A DNA stretch of 64,000 nucleotides from an uncultured cyanobacterium (GTDB taxonomy: Bacteria; Cyanobacteriota; Cyanobacteriia; Pseudanabaenales; Pseudanabaenaceae): contig OY969811.1 in assembly GCA_963703315.1 (NCBI GenBank), forward strand, positions 1,696,001 to 1,760,000, given 5' to 3'. The notes beneath the pieces were generated by a model that made no database searches, was not told the DNA's origin, and saw nothing but the letters and a program-made list of their open reading frames with translations. Shown here one piece after another: positions 32,597 through 42,838 of this stretch. Made by a program: the position numbers and the translations under genes. The first letter of the stretch is position 1. The number at the start of each line of letters is the position of its first letter.

Positions 32597-33361
32597 TTAG
32601 TCGCCAAATCCGTGAGCGCGAATTAGATCAAAGAATTCTTTTTTCATGTGGGGGTCATGACGGAAGGAGCCACGCACAATCGAATTGACCATCTTGGTAT
32701 CAGGTTCTTTAACACCGCGCCAAGTCATGCACATATGCTGAGCTTTGATCACAAAGGCTAAACCCTTAGGTTTAATCAGATTTTCGATTGTATCAGCGAC
32801 CATAATCGCCGCCTCTTCTTGAATATGGGGACGGCTCATCACCCAGTCCACAATCCGATTAAATTTAGAGATGCCAATAACGCGATCGCTAGGTACAATT
32901 CCAATCCATGCTTGCCCCACAATTGGCACAAAGTGATGAGAACAAGCCGATCTAACAGTGATGGGACCAAGCGTATAGATTTCGTCAAGTTCCTTGGCAT
33001 TAGGGAAGTCTGTGACCTTGGGCATGGGGTGATAGCGTCCCTTAAAGACTTCATCCACATACATCTTGGCTACTCGTCGAGCCGTTTCGTGGGTGTTGTG
33101 ATCGTTAGCAGTATCGATGATCAAAGAATCAAAAACACCTTGAAGTTTGGATTCAATTTCTTTCTTTAATTCTTCACGTTCAATATCACTAATGTGATGG
33201 GCGATTGAATCGTTGGCAAAAAAAGGATCGCCAGCCGCAATCACGCGATCGCGAATAATTTGCGAAATAGCTTTTCTGGTGGTTAGAGATTCGAGGACTT
33301 TTGCAGGTTTGGCATCATTCTCAGAAGTGGGACTTACAGGGCGAGAGATACTGATCGTCAT
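32597..33361 (-). CDS. folE: GTP cyclohydrolase I
   Basis: ETARRVAKMY, SACSHHFVP, GISKFNR, QEE, HMCMTWRGV. Confidence 0.95.
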   Translation of the reverse strand: MTISISRPVSPTSENDAKPAKVLESLTTRKAISQIIRDRVIAAGDPFFANDSIAHHISDIEREELKKEIESKLQGVFDSLIIDTANDHNTHETARRVAKMYVDEVFKGRYHPMPKVTDFPNAKELDEIYTLGPITVRSACSHHFVPIVGQAWIGIVPSDRVIGISKFNRIVDWVMSRPHIQEEAAIMVADTIENLIKPKGLAFVIKAQHMCMTWRGVKEPDTKMVNSIVRGSFRHDPHMKKEFFDLIRAHGFGD

Positions 33362-33775
33362 GGTGTGATACTTATCTAGATATCCAGTGAATTAACTTAA
33401 AACGAAGGAAGCCGAATAAATGCTGAGAAAACAGTAATTAAACATCAAAATTTTTTGTTTGATTCATGCCAAATTCACCAGCATAAAAAGGTGTTTGACT
33501 ACGAATTCAAACTATAAAATTTAATATATTCTCCCATATTCGCAGATCTCTGGAAGTTATCGCTTCTCTCAATAGATTGAACTTTTTCAATCATTATTTA
33601 ACATTCCTACATAATTCTAGACTATTCCTTGGTGGCTTAAGCTCTTTGGGGTTAAGGTTCAGTTAATTCCATCCATAAGTTAGATAAATTTTAATCTTCA
33701 ATGATAGTTACAGGATTATTTCTCCGCCTTCGGCGGAGAAATAATCTCTATACTTCGCTTGCTTGAAAAGCGCTA

Positions 33776-33890
33776 TATAGCCATAGCCAAGCAAGTTAAG
33801 ACATAAAACCCAAAAGAGAGGGGCGGCGCTTTGCGCCGCCCCTCTCTTTTGGGTTTTGGTTTTGTCCTAACATAGCTAACTACAGCTATA
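33776..33890. mobile_element. Full-length MITE family A copy with ~28-bp imperfect terminal inverted repeats
   Basis: TATAGCCATAGCCAAGCAAGTTAAGACA ... TGTCCTAACATAGCTAACTACAGCTATA; abuts another element that ends GCGCTATA. Confidence 0.78.
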
Positions 33891-34041
33891 TCTCCAGTGG
33901 ATAGGTTGCAAACTAAAATAACTATAGATAAATACTTATCAATTAAATACTTATCAATTTTTCCGAAACAAGCAAAATTTCTATGATCATGCTATTCATC
34001 TAGCCGTGACGCACGCTGTGCGTGCGTCACAGTGAGGTTCC

Positions 34042-34773
34042 TTAAAAAGTTCCTGCATTAGGCATTAGCACTAATTCGTTGATAACTGCATCGGCTGGGA
34101 GATTGACTAAGTTCATAATCGATGCGGCGACGGTAGTAGGTCGAAGCATTGCCGAACGATCAAAATTAGGTGGGACTTTATCGCCAAGCGTGTCCCATAG
34201 TGGTGTATCTACGGAACCTGGACAAATAGCCATGATCTTAATGCCATGAGATTGCTCTTCGGCAGCGATCGCTTGAGTCAAGCCCAATATGGCAAATTTA
34301 CTAGCACTATATGCGCCCCAGTTAGGAAAACCCTGCTTACCTGCGATCGAGGCAACGTTAATAATCGTGCCACTTTTTTGCGATCGCATAGTTGGCAATA
34401 CTGCTTGTAAGCTTTGAAAGACGCTAGTGACATTAAGGTCAAATAGCTTTTGCCACTCCTCTAGAGGCATCGCAATCAGTTCACCAATATAGGCACAACC
34501 TGCATTGTTAATCAAAATATCCACACCGCCCATATCAGCAACGATCGCTTGAATCTGTGCCGAAACTTCCGTAACCGCGCCTAAATCAATGGCATAACCT
34601 TTGGCTTTACTCTCGGCGGGTAACTCACTGAGCAGGCGATCGGGGTTACGGCTGACGAGACTAACCTCTGCCCCTGCTTGCAATAATCTCAAAGCGACTT
34701 CTTTGCCAATACCACTACTTGCCCCAGTAACGATCGCTTTCTTACCTATTAACTGATTTACGGTATCTGTCAT
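34042..34773 (-). CDS. SDR family oxidoreductase
   Basis: TGASSGIG, NNAG, YSASK, PGSVDT. Confidence 0.93.
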   Translation of the reverse strand: MTDTVNQLIGKKAIVTGASSGIGKEVALRLLQAGAEVSLVSRNPDRLLSELPAESKAKGYAIDLGAVTEVSAQIQAIVADMGGVDILINNAGCAYIGELIAMPLEEWQKLFDLNVTSVFQSLQAVLPTMRSQKSGTIINVASIAGKQGFPNWGAYSASKFAILGLTQAIAAEEQSHGIKIMAICPGSVDTPLWDTLGDKVPPNFDRSAMLRPTTVAASIMNLVNLPADAVINELVLMPNAGTF

Positions 34774-34974
34774 GGTTTAACCTAAATTTTTCTTGTCGCT
34801 AGTCATGTTATAGCGTTTCACGGTCTAAGAGGATTGTTTCCCCGCCGAAGGCTGAGAAGCAATCCTCCGCTTAGTATGAAGCTGTGGCGCACGCGCAGCG
34901 TGCGCCACAGCTTTTAGAGTTTAATATGGGAAAATGAAAAAAGATAAACCATCGATAAGCTGCTGCTAATTTTT

Positions 34975-35538
34975 ATGTCTAAAAAAGTGGGACGGAGCTT
35001 TTGGTGGCTGTGGCTAATTGCCAATACGTTGGGCAGTGCAGTTTTACCAATGCTGATTTGGCAAGATCCCTACGAAATGCGATCGCGTTTGTTTCTCAAT
35101 GAAATATTACAGGGAGTAGGCATTTCCATTGCTCAATCACTAGTCTTGCGCGATCGCTTTGCTAAAGAGGGATGGTGGCTACCCTTAACTTTAATTGGTT
35201 GGTTGTTGGGACTAACGACTATATATGTGATTCCGTTCCTATCATTAAAATCAGCATTTAATGCTAATACACCTTTACTGGTCACTTTGATACTTGACTT
35301 TAGTACTATTGGCTTAATCGTGGGGATATGCCAATGGCAATTACTCAAAAATTTTCGGGCGGCAGGGTTGTGGCTATTTGCTAGTGTGATTGCCTTGCTC
35401 CTCAGTACATACGGTTTATTTCTCGGATATATAGCAGGTTCAATGGTCTTGGCTAGTGCCTTACAAGGAGCCATCTATGGAGCCATCACAGGATTAGCAA
35501 TGATTAAAGTCTTGCGATCGCCAAAAGTTAAAAAATAA
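34975..35538 (+). CDS. Multi-pass membrane hypothetical protein
   Basis: Repeated hydrophobic segments with Q-W/L motifs. Confidence 0.75.
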   Translation: MSKKVGRSFWWLWLIANTLGSAVLPMLIWQDPYEMRSRLFLNEILQGVGISIAQSLVLRDRFAKEGWWLPLTLIGWLLGLTTIYVIPFLSLKSAFNANTPLLVTLILDFSTIGLIVGICQWQLLKNFRAAGLWLFASVIALLLSTYGLFLGYIAGSMVLASALQGAIYGAITGLAMIKVLRSPKVKK

Positions 35539-35576
35539 AGAAAGTTAAAAGATAAAGGCGGCGCTTTTCTCCACCT

Positions 35577-36092
35577 TTATCTTGGGGATGTACTCTCTAC
35601 AAAGCGTAAATCCCTTTTTAAAAAAGTGTGTTCCCCCGTATCGGTGTCTACTGTCGCCCGAATGAGACTAGTTTTAGTAACCAATAACTTTGCCATGTAG
35701 TAAGGACTATCAGGCTCTAGGATCAATACGCGATCGCCTACTTGCAACGGTCGAATTGTGGGGATGGGCATAGCTTTGGAGATGTTTACATCTGAGTCAA
35801 GATTACTAGTTGGTAAAGTCTCAACTGATTCGGAGGATGAAACTCGATCTTTGATTAAGCTTTCCACATATAGCTTGAGCTTTTGTTCTAAAGCCAATTC
35901 TAGATCCGCAAATCGATCTTGTTCCTCCTGTGGTGTAGTTATTTCACCTAAAATTTGTGTTAAGCCCTGAATTACTAACTCCGTTTCTGTTTTGCCAGTT
36001 AGGTGGACTTTTTCTAGTAAAGCTGCATAGAGTTCACTAGATAGCTCAATTGTTAATGTGTGATTAGTGTGATGTCTAACAGATCGTTCCAT
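35577..36092 (-). CDS. Hypothetical protein (possible N-terminal ribbon-helix-helix and C-terminal KOW/SH3-like part)
   Basis: LTIELSSELY..TELVIQGL; LQVGDRVLI. Confidence 0.65.
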   Translation of the reverse strand: MERSVRHHTNHTLTIELSSELYAALLEKVHLTGKTETELVIQGLTQILGEITTPQEEQDRFADLELALEQKLKLYVESLIKDRVSSSESVETLPTSNLDSDVNISKAMPIPTIRPLQVGDRVLILEPDSPYYMAKLLVTKTSLIRATVDTDTGEHTFLKRDLRFVESTSPR

Positions 36093-36183
36093 TGTAAGTA
36101 TTCTTGATAAGATGATGAGTGGCTGTGAAACAAATATTATGTCCAGTCTAAATCCCAAGTCAAAAGGTAATATAGGAAACTCT

Positions 36184-36636
36184 ATGTCTGTCGAAGTCGG
36201 TCAAAAAGCTCCAGATTTTACTTTACCTAGCGATCGCGGTGATATTACCCTCAGCCGCTATCAGGGTAAAACAAATGTTGTACTTGCCTTCTATCCAGGT
36301 GACTTTTCGCCGCTTTGTACAAGTGAAATGCAATGTTTTGCCGATGATTGGACAAAATTTCGCGAAGCTGGTGCTGAAATTCTTGGTATAAGCACTGACC
36401 CTATCGAGAAACATATTGAGTTTTCCAAAAAGTTGGGTTTGCAGTTTCCGTTACTTAGCGATCGCAACCAAGAGGTTTGCAAAAAGTATGGAGTCGCGGG
36501 TTTGTTTGGGAGCAAACGTGCCTATTGTATTATCGATATTCATGGCATCGTTCGGTACAAGCATATTGAATTTTTGCCTGTTTTCAAACGGGAAGATTCG
36601 GAACTCTTGGTGGTATTAAGAAGTCTCAAATCTTAA
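36184..36636 (+). CDS. Peroxiredoxin (BCP/AhpE-like)
   Basis: APDFTL, FYPGDFSPLCTSE, FPLLSD. Confidence 0.9.
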   Translation: MSVEVGQKAPDFTLPSDRGDITLSRYQGKTNVVLAFYPGDFSPLCTSEMQCFADDWTKFREAGAEILGISTDPIEKHIEFSKKLGLQFPLLSDRNQEVCKKYGVAGLFGSKRAYCIIDIHGIVRYKHIEFLPVFKREDSELLVVLRSLKS

Positions 36637-36703
36637 GATTGCAAGATGAGCAGTGACTGATACTCCTCATCTTCATCTCAAAAATCAGTTTGGGATGCTA
36701 CCT

Positions 36704-37084
36704 ATGAAATCCGTAAAAATTTATTCTCTGATCCTTGCAGCGACAAGCACCCTAATTACCTTCACTCCCCAATTCGCTCCCAAGGCGATCGCCCAATCTG
36801 TGACTGATCAAAGCTGTGTTGCCGATATTATCGGTGAAGATATTGGCTCACAGGTAAATATCCGATCAGGGGCAGGCACTATTTTTAATGTGATTGGTAC
36901 TGTATCTGTAGGTAATTTGGTAATTGTGGTCAATGATGACCAAGACAAAAGCGGGATTGTATCTCCATTGCGGCGCACCGATAGTCAAGGGGATGACTGG
37001 TATTTAACAACCAGATTGAGGCAAAGTCCTTATAAGGGATGGATACGAGCAGACTTCTTGCAATTAAGGTGTCCGAATCCATAA
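36704..37084 (+). CDS. Secreted SH3-domain protein (start uncertain)
   Basis: Signal peptide; VNIRSGAG..WY..GWIRADF. Confidence 0.8.
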   Translation: MKSVKIYSLILAATSTLITFTPQFAPKAIAQSVTDQSCVADIIGEDIGSQVNIRSGAGTIFNVIGTVSVGNLVIVVNDDQDKSGIVSPLRRTDSQGDDWYLTTRLRQSPYKGWIRADFLQLRCPNP

Positions 37085-37129
37085 AAGCAGAGGGAGCGCA
37101 TAGCGCTCCCTCTGCTTTTATGGATTCGG

Positions 37130-37226
37130 ACAAAAGTCTTAACCCCCTTTAATTCCCCCTTTGTAAGGGGGAAACCTAGAAATTTAATTCCCTCCCCTTG
37201 TAAAGGGGAGGGCTAGGGAGGGGTTA
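37130..37226. repeat. CCCCTTG-AAAGGGGAG repeat element; inverted copy at 44611-44710
   Basis: ~97 bp that closely match the reverse complement of 44611-44710. Confidence 0.85.
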
Positions 37227-37910
37227 TGGATTGCGATGTTTCAAGATAAATTCTGCGATCGCTAAGTCTTGCCGAGTTGTCACTTTGAGATTAGTTTCTT
37301 CACCCACGACAATTTGTACTGCCAATCCTACCTTCTCAAATAGGGCTGCGTCATCAGTCACTTCCCAACCTAACTCAACGGCGGTGCGGTGAGCATTTTT
37401 GAGTAAATCCGTGTGAAAACCCTGTGGAGTTTGGGCTGCCCAAAGATGGTCACGATTGGGAGTATCGACAATCGTTAGACCATTGGCAACTTTGATTGTG
37501 TCCGTGACAGGCATAGCGGCGATAAAACCCTGCATTGTTTGTAAGGCTTGATCACATCGGTCAAATAACTTTGATGTTACTAAACACCTTGCCCCATCGT
37601 GAATGAGAACGCGATCGCCTGCCGACGGTAGAGCGTTTAAACCATTAAATACTGATGCTTGACGAGTATCTCCACCTTGGATCAGTCGAATTGGTTTCGT
37701 TGATTTAAGCGTATTAAAAATTTTTTGAAATTCTGGATAGTCGTGGGGTTGGGCAATTACCCCAATCCACGCAATTGCTTGAGAGGCGATCGCTGCTTCT
37801 AAAGTCCATTGCAAAATTGGCTTACCAAGTACGGGTAGCAGCAACTTATTGCGATCGGCTCCCATGCGTCTACCACTACCCGCCGCAGGAATTAATAAAT
37901 GACAGGTCAT
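37224..37910 (-). CDS. ispD: 2-C-methyl-D-erythritol 4-phosphate cytidylyltransferase
   Basis: PAAGSGRRMG, GGDTRQAS, IHDGAR, AQTPQGF, TDDA. Confidence 0.97.
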   Translation of the reverse strand: MTCHLLIPAAGSGRRMGADRNKLLLPVLGKPILQWTLEAAIASQAIAWIGVIAQPHDYPEFQKIFNTLKSTKPIRLIQGGDTRQASVFNGLNALPSAGDRVLIHDGARCLVTSKLFDRCDQALQTMQGFIAAMPVTDTIKVANGLTIVDTPNRDHLWAAQTPQGFHTDLLKNAHRTAVELGWEVTDDAALFEKVGLAVQIVVGEETNLKVTTRQDLAIAEFILKHRNP

Positions 37911-37913
37911 AGA

Positions 37914-38132
37914 TTAGTCAGCCAGATGCCACCAACCAAAGGCGGGACCAATAAAGCGAATCGTGATCCAGATGACTACCATTGCCCCAATGCCATACCA
38001 AGCACCTTGGGTAGAAACTGCTACAAATTTGGCAGCCTTGTCTTTGGTCAAAAAAGGTATCCAAGAAGCGATCGGCTCAGACTGACCATACTCATCTCCT
38101 AATACCTGCTTACGCCGCTTTGACTCGCCCAT
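37914..38132 (-). CDS. DUF2839 family protein
   Basis: MGESKRRK..GAWYGIG..RFIGPAFGWW. Confidence 0.85.
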   Translation of the reverse strand: MGESKRRKQVLGDEYGQSEPIASWIPFLTKDKAAKFVAVSTQGAWYGIGAMVVIWITIRFIGPAFGWWHLAD

Positions 38133-38201
38133 AATTTGTACTCCTAAGCTAATAAGTTAATCTAATCGTATCACCTCTAAATGCAGGGCGAATCGTTACA
38201 T

Positions 38202-39530
38202 TTAGAGTAAATCCCAATGGGTAAAAGGCTTGGCATTTGCCCCTGCATAGTCCGCCACAATATGACCATTACCCACTAGACGATATTTGTAGGTAACGAG
38301 TCCTTCTAAACCAACTGGTCCGCGTGGAGGCATTTTATTTGTACTGATGCCCACCTCTGCGCCAAAGCCATAACGGAAACCATCGGCAAATCGGGTCGAG
38401 CAGTTGTGATACACACCCGCCGCATCCACATCACTGGTAAAAATATCGGCAACTTCTTGATCTTCTGTGACGATCGCCTCCGTATGTTTGGAACCGTAAG
38501 TAGTGATATGGGCGATCGCTGCTTCTAAAGTATCAACGATTTTAATAGATAGAATTAAATCCGAATATTCTGTTGACCAGTCTGATTCAGTGGCAGGCTG
38601 CACATCAATAATTTTTTGAGTGCGATCGCATCCTAATAATTTAACGCCTTGTTCTTGGAAAGCAGCTAAAACTAAAGGAAGGAATTGAGAGGCGATCGCA
38701 CTATGGACTAGTAAAGTCTCGATCGCATTGCAAGCCGCGGGATATTGAGTTTTGCTATCAACGGCGATCGCTACAGCTTTGTTGAGATCTGCCGCCGCAT
38801 CGACATACAAATGACAAATGCCATCGGCATGACCGAGAACGGGAATATTGGTATTGTCTTGGATATAGCGCACAAATTGATTGGAACCTCTAGGAATAAT
38901 CAGGTCAATCAATCTATCCATTTTCAAAATTGCTAATGTCTCTGCACGGGTGGTTAATAACTGCACCACATAAGGCGATACGCCTTGAGTTTCTGCATAT
39001 AACTTCTCTAGAGCATCACGCATGACTGCGGCGATCGCCTCACAGGAGTTGACCGCTTCACTTCCACCTTTGAGAATGACTCCATTTCCAGACTTAATGC
39101 CTAGTGCCGCAATTTGGGTCACCGCATCGGGACGTGCTTCAAAAATCACACCGATTACCCCCAAAGGACAAGACAAACGCTCTAATACTAAACCTGCGTC
39201 TAGTTCTCGATGAATTTGGCGATCGCCAATTGGGTCAGCAAGGCGAATTACATCGCGCACCCCTGCGATCATGCTTTTGATTTTGTTAGTATCCAGCTTG
39301 AGACGAGCAATCAAGGCGCTAGGCAACTGAGCAGCATTAGCCGCGATCAAATCCTTTTGATTTGCTGCCAAAATTGTCTCTGAATTTTGCTCTAAAGCGA
39401 TCGCGATCGCTTCTAGGGCAGCATTTTTGGTGGCAGTTGGCAATTTGGCTAGGGCGATCGCGGCGGTGCGAGTGCGTTGGATTGATGCTGCGAGGTTTTC
39501 TGCCAAATTTATAGATATGTTCCCAGACAC
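38202..39530 (-). CDS. proA: Gamma-glutamyl phosphate reductase
   Basis: [44 protein letters not shown]. Confidence 0.97.
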   Translation of the reverse strand: MSGNISINLAENLAASIQRTRTAAIALAKLPTATKNAALEAIAIALEQNSETILAANQKDLIAANAAQLPSALIARLKLDTNKIKSMIAGVRDVIRLADPIGDRQIHRELDAGLVLERLSCPLGVIGVIFEARPDAVTQIAALGIKSGNGVILKGGSEAVNSCEAIAAVMRDALEKLYAETQGVSPYVVQLLTTRAETLAILKMDRLIDLIIPRGSNQFVRYIQDNTNIPVLGHADGICHLYVDAAADLNKAVAIAVDSKTQYPAACNAIETLLVHSAIASQFLPLVLAAFQEQGVKLLGCDRTQKIIDVQPATESDWSTEYSDLILSIKIVDTLEAAIAHITTYGSKHTEAIVTEDQEVADIFTSDVDAAGVYHNCSTRFADGFRYGFGAEVGISTNKMPPRGPVGLEGLVTYKYRLVGNGHIVADYAGANAKPFTHWDLL

Positions 39531-39652
39531 TTGATTCTCTATCTCTTTTCGTGGATTGCTTTGGTGCAGAGATCTGATTAAGTCAGACTAGTAAATCTCT
39601 ACCATTTCGCTATCTTAATACGAAACACTAAAGTGTAGGGCGATCGCCATCT

Positions 39653-39674
39653 TATATAACAATATTGTGATATA
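39653..39674. promoter_or_regulatory. Probable TA operator palindrome
   Basis: TATATAACAAT|ATTGTGATATA (1 mismatch), ~30 bp upstream of the toxin remnant. Confidence 0.5.
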
Positions 39675-39703
39675 CTGCAATAAAATTATCTTAGTGATTA
39701 AGT

Positions 39704-39759
39704 GTGCCAGAAGCGCAAGTTGTTTTCTATCAAGTCAAGAGGATGTAGATAATGGCTAA
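39704..39759 (+). pseudogene. Remnant of a RelE/Gp49-like toxin gene (almost entirely deleted)
   Basis: GTG-PEAQVVFYQ fused at TCAAG-TCAAG to an out-of-frame QEDVDNG* that overlaps the antitoxin ATG. Confidence 0.55.
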
Positions 39760-40066
39760 GACTAGTGATGCGTTGAAGATTATTGATAATTTGACTGGGG
39801 ATGATCCTGAACTTGAGGAAATGGTGAGAGAAGCTTCGCTTAATGCTGTGGTTGCTCAACTTATTTATGAGGCAAGGATTTCAAGAGGGTTAACTCAGAA
39901 ACAACTTGCCGATCGCATTGGTACAAAACAATCGGCGATCGCTAGACTTGAGGATGCTGATTATGATGGTCATTCGCTTTCGATGTTACAAAAGGTTGCT
40001 AGCGCTCTGAATCAACGGATTGAGATTAAGTTATCGGCGATCGAGCCTGAGAAGACTTTAGTTTAA
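39752..40066 (+). CDS. XRE-family HTH protein (HigA-like antitoxin)
   Basis: GLTQKQLADRIGTKQSAIARLEDADYDGHSLSML. Confidence 0.9.
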   Translation: MAKTSDALKIIDNLTGDDPELEEMVREASLNAVVAQLIYEARISRGLTQKQLADRIGTKQSAIARLEDADYDGHSLSMLQKVASALNQRIEIKLSAIEPEKTLV

Positions 40067-40136
40067 ACAAGTCGTCTTGCAAGAATTAGTTTTAGAGCAA
40101 GCAGTCAGAGAGTACTTGCTCTAAGGTTTTTACCTT

Positions 40137-40367
40137 TTACTTTTTGTCTGAGGATGGGCTGATGATGACGCGCACCAAAACTGCAAAGGCGAGAATTATG
40201 CTGACTGTTGGGTTGCTGACGATCGCAGGAATTGTATTGGATGCGTCAACGGGTGTTGTTGATGGTGTGGATGCGATCGCAGTTTGTTTGGTGTTTGCGG
40301 GTGCGTTATCAGTTACGTTATCAACTTTAGAGATCGCTTGAGTGGTGACTTGTTTTTGGACTGACAT
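40137..40367 (-). CDS. Small protein with a low-complexity polar N-terminus and a C-terminal TM helix
   Basis: 76 aa, ATG with GGAA upstream, SNPTVSIILAFAVLVRVII. Confidence 0.65.
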   Translation of the reverse strand: MSVQKQVTTQAISKVDNVTDNAPANTKQTAIASTPSTTPVDASNTIPAIVSNPTVSIILAFAVLVRVIISPSSDKK

Positions 40368-40592
40368 AATTTTTTGTTCCGAATTAAACTATGCCAACAC
40401 TATGAAATATGGCTGCTTGAGCGACTTTGCGTGACTTGCGTGGGCTTGTTGCTACGTTGACGGGCTTTTCGCTCAGCCCTCGATCAATTGGCTCAATCCT
40501 CGATCGCTTCGTTGGGTGAGCGGAGCCGAACCCAGATTTTGCGTGACTTTGAAAAAATGCCAAAATAGTTTTTAGATGGTTGAGGATTAGCA

Positions 40593-42803
40593 ATGTCAAG
40601 ATCGCTACGGGCTTCTGAGGCGGGTATAAAGCAGATTAAATCGGCGATGAAGCAAGGCGGTTTCACGCAAGAGGCTTTTGCTAAGGCTTTGGGAATTTCG
40701 CGATCGGTGATTACGGTTTTGCTTAGAGGAGAGGCGATCGCTAGAGATAATTTTGAGGAGTTATGCAAATTCCTAGAACTGGATTGGCGCGATATACGGG
40801 GTGAGGATGTTGTTAGTGACGACCTTGATTTGCTAGTCAAAGAGGTGAAGCAAAAAATTGCGGCGGATGTGACCGATCGCTGTGGGACGATGCGGGTGTT
40901 GGATATGACGCAACCTGTCGATCTGGATCGGATTTATACCGATGTGAATATTCTTGAAAAGATTTCTGGCAAGGATCGCATAGATTGTGATGAGGTTTTA
41001 CCTATTGGAAATAGGGAAAATTTTGAGCGCTGGATGATGGGTAAAATTCAGCATCGTATTACTGGTTTAAAGGCATTCGAGAAACATCAAAAGCTGGTGG
41101 TGTTGGGAAAACCGGGGGCAGGGAAAACCACGTTTATGAAATATTTGGCGATGTCTTGCCTCGGTGGTCGATTTCATGGGGAGCTTGTGCCGATTTTTGT
41201 GACGCTGAAGGCTTATGCGGAGGAGAGGGGACAGCCATCGCTAGAGAATTATATTTTGACGGAATTTGCCAAGCGAAAGGTGTCGCAGGATGTAGCAAAA
41301 CAGTTGCTAGATAACGGTAAAGCGTTGATCCTGTTGGATGGATTGGATGAGGTGAAGAAGGAAGATGATCGCCGTGTTAAACAGGACATCGATCAATTTT
41401 CGAGGGATTGGCTAAAAAATCGGTTTGCGATCACCTGTCGGATTGCGGCGCGAGAATATCAGTTTGAGAAATTTACGGAAGTAGAGGTTGCTGATTTTGA
41501 TGATGGACAGATTAAAACCTTTGTGAATAATTGGTTTTGGGAAAGGGATGAGTCAAAGGCGGAACGATTGTTAGAGAGATTGAAGGGTAATGAACCTGTC
41601 AAGGAATTGGCGAAAAGTCCTTTGTTACTGACGCTGTTATGTTTGGTGTTTGGAGAGAGTAACGACTTCCCGCAGAAGCGATCGGAGCTTTATAAGGAAG
41701 GTTTGGAAGTATTGATAAAAAAGTGGGATGCGAAGCGCAATATTGAACGGGAGATAATTTATAAGCATCTGTCACCACAAAACAAGGAGGATATGCTGGG
41801 ACAGATTGCCTTTAATACCTTTGTGAATGGTGAATATTTCTTTCGGCAAGAGGATTTGCAACGCCAGATTAAGGACTATATCTGTAATCTCCCTGAAGCA
41901 TCCGCCGATCCTGAGGCGTTGCGGCTGGATAGTGAGGTGGTGCTAAAGGCGATCGAGCATCATCATGGGTTGTTAGTGGAAAGGGCAAGGAATATTTATT
42001 CTTTTTCCCATTTAACTTTTCAGGAATATTTTGCGGCGCGAGAAATTGAGAGAGAAAGACATTTTGAAAGATTGATGCAGCATATTACCGATCCTCAGTG
42101 GAAGGAGGTGTTTATATTGACTGCGGAAATGTTGAGGCGATCGGATGAATTTTTGCAATTAATGAAGGATCGCATTGATAAAATATTTAACGAACATGAG
42201 GAATTGCAGCGATTTTTACTCTGGTTAGACCAAAAAGCATATATAGCATCGAAAAAATACAAAAAAGTTGCTCTAAGAGCTTATTTTGCTTACATAGCCT
42301 TTTCTTTGAGCATACTTAAGAGTTCAGTTTTACTAACTCTTGACAGTGAGCATTCTAAAACTCTGGCTCATGCACTCATAGTTAACAAGGCTTTTGATAA
42401 ATCTGACACAATTAGTATTGCCTGTGCAGTTGATAGTAACTTCAGTCGTGATATATCCAACAACTTTACTCTCGATCTGAATTGCAAAATAATTCAAGAA
42501 TCTCTCCAAATAGTACAAATGATTGAAAATGGATTTATCAATGTAAAAATAGAAGGTCAAGAGTTCTTTCAATGGTTTGAAAGTCATGGAGAAGATTGGA
42601 GTCAAAGTTTCCATCAAATATGTGTAGATAGCTTAAATCAAAGTTTTGGTTTTGACTGGCAATTTTTCCATGAACAGTTTGAAGTATTTGCACGGTATTA
42701 CGAAGCCAATCTCCTCCTTGTCGAGTGCATGAACCGCAGCTACGTCAGCAAACAAGTCCGCGAAGAAATTGAATCAACGATGCTGTTGCCAAGTAAAAAG
42801 TAG
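40593..42803 (+). CDS. HTH-NACHT (STAND) NTPase with C-terminal helical domain
   Basis: FTQEAFAKALGISRSVI (HTH); GKPGAGKT; ILLDGLDE; ITCR; PLLL; FSHLTFQEYF; YYEANLLLVEC. Confidence 0.92.
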   Translation: MSRSLRASEAGIKQIKSAMKQGGFTQEAFAKALGISRSVITVLLRGEAIARDNFEELCKFLELDWRDIRGEDVVSDDLDLLVKEVKQKIAADVTDRCGTMRVLDMTQPVDLDRIYTDVNILEKISGKDRIDCDEVLPIGNRENFERWMMGKIQHRITGLKAFEKHQKLVVLGKPGAGKTTFMKYLAMSCLGGRFHGELVPIFVTLKAYAEERGQPSLENYILTEFAKRKVSQDVAKQLLDNGKALILLDGLDEVKKEDDRRVKQDIDQFSRDWLKNRFAITCRIAAREYQFEKFTEVEVADFDDGQIKTFVNNWFWERDESKAERLLERLKGNEPVKELAKSPLLLTLLCLVFGESNDFPQKRSELYKEGLEVLIKKWDAKRNIEREIIYKHLSPQNKEDMLGQIAFNTFVNGEYFFRQEDLQRQIKDYICNLPEASADPEALRLDSEVVLKAIEHHHGLLVERARNIYSFSHLTFQEYFAAREIERERHFERLMQHITDPQWKEVFILTAEMLRRSDEFLQLMKDRIDKIFNEHEELQRFLLWLDQKAYIASKKYKKVALRAYFAYIAFSLSILKSSVLLTLDSEHSKTLAHALIVNKAFDKSDTISIACAVDSNFSRDISNNFTLDLNCKIIQESLQIVQMIENGFINVKIEGQEFFQWFESHGEDWSQSFHQICVDSLNQSFGFDWQFFHEQFEVFARYYEANLLLVECMNRSYVSKQVREEIESTMLLPSKK

Positions 42804-42838
42804 AAAGGCAAAAGGAAAAATTATCACCACATTTTCCC

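Noticed and set aside
33362..33520. Riboswitch in the folE leader
   Set aside because: Only weak possible pairings; no known aptamer consensus recognisable by eye.
40384..40840. Minus-strand ORFs of 71 and 115 aa
   Set aside because: They overlap a REP element and the NACHT start and have no recognisable motifs.
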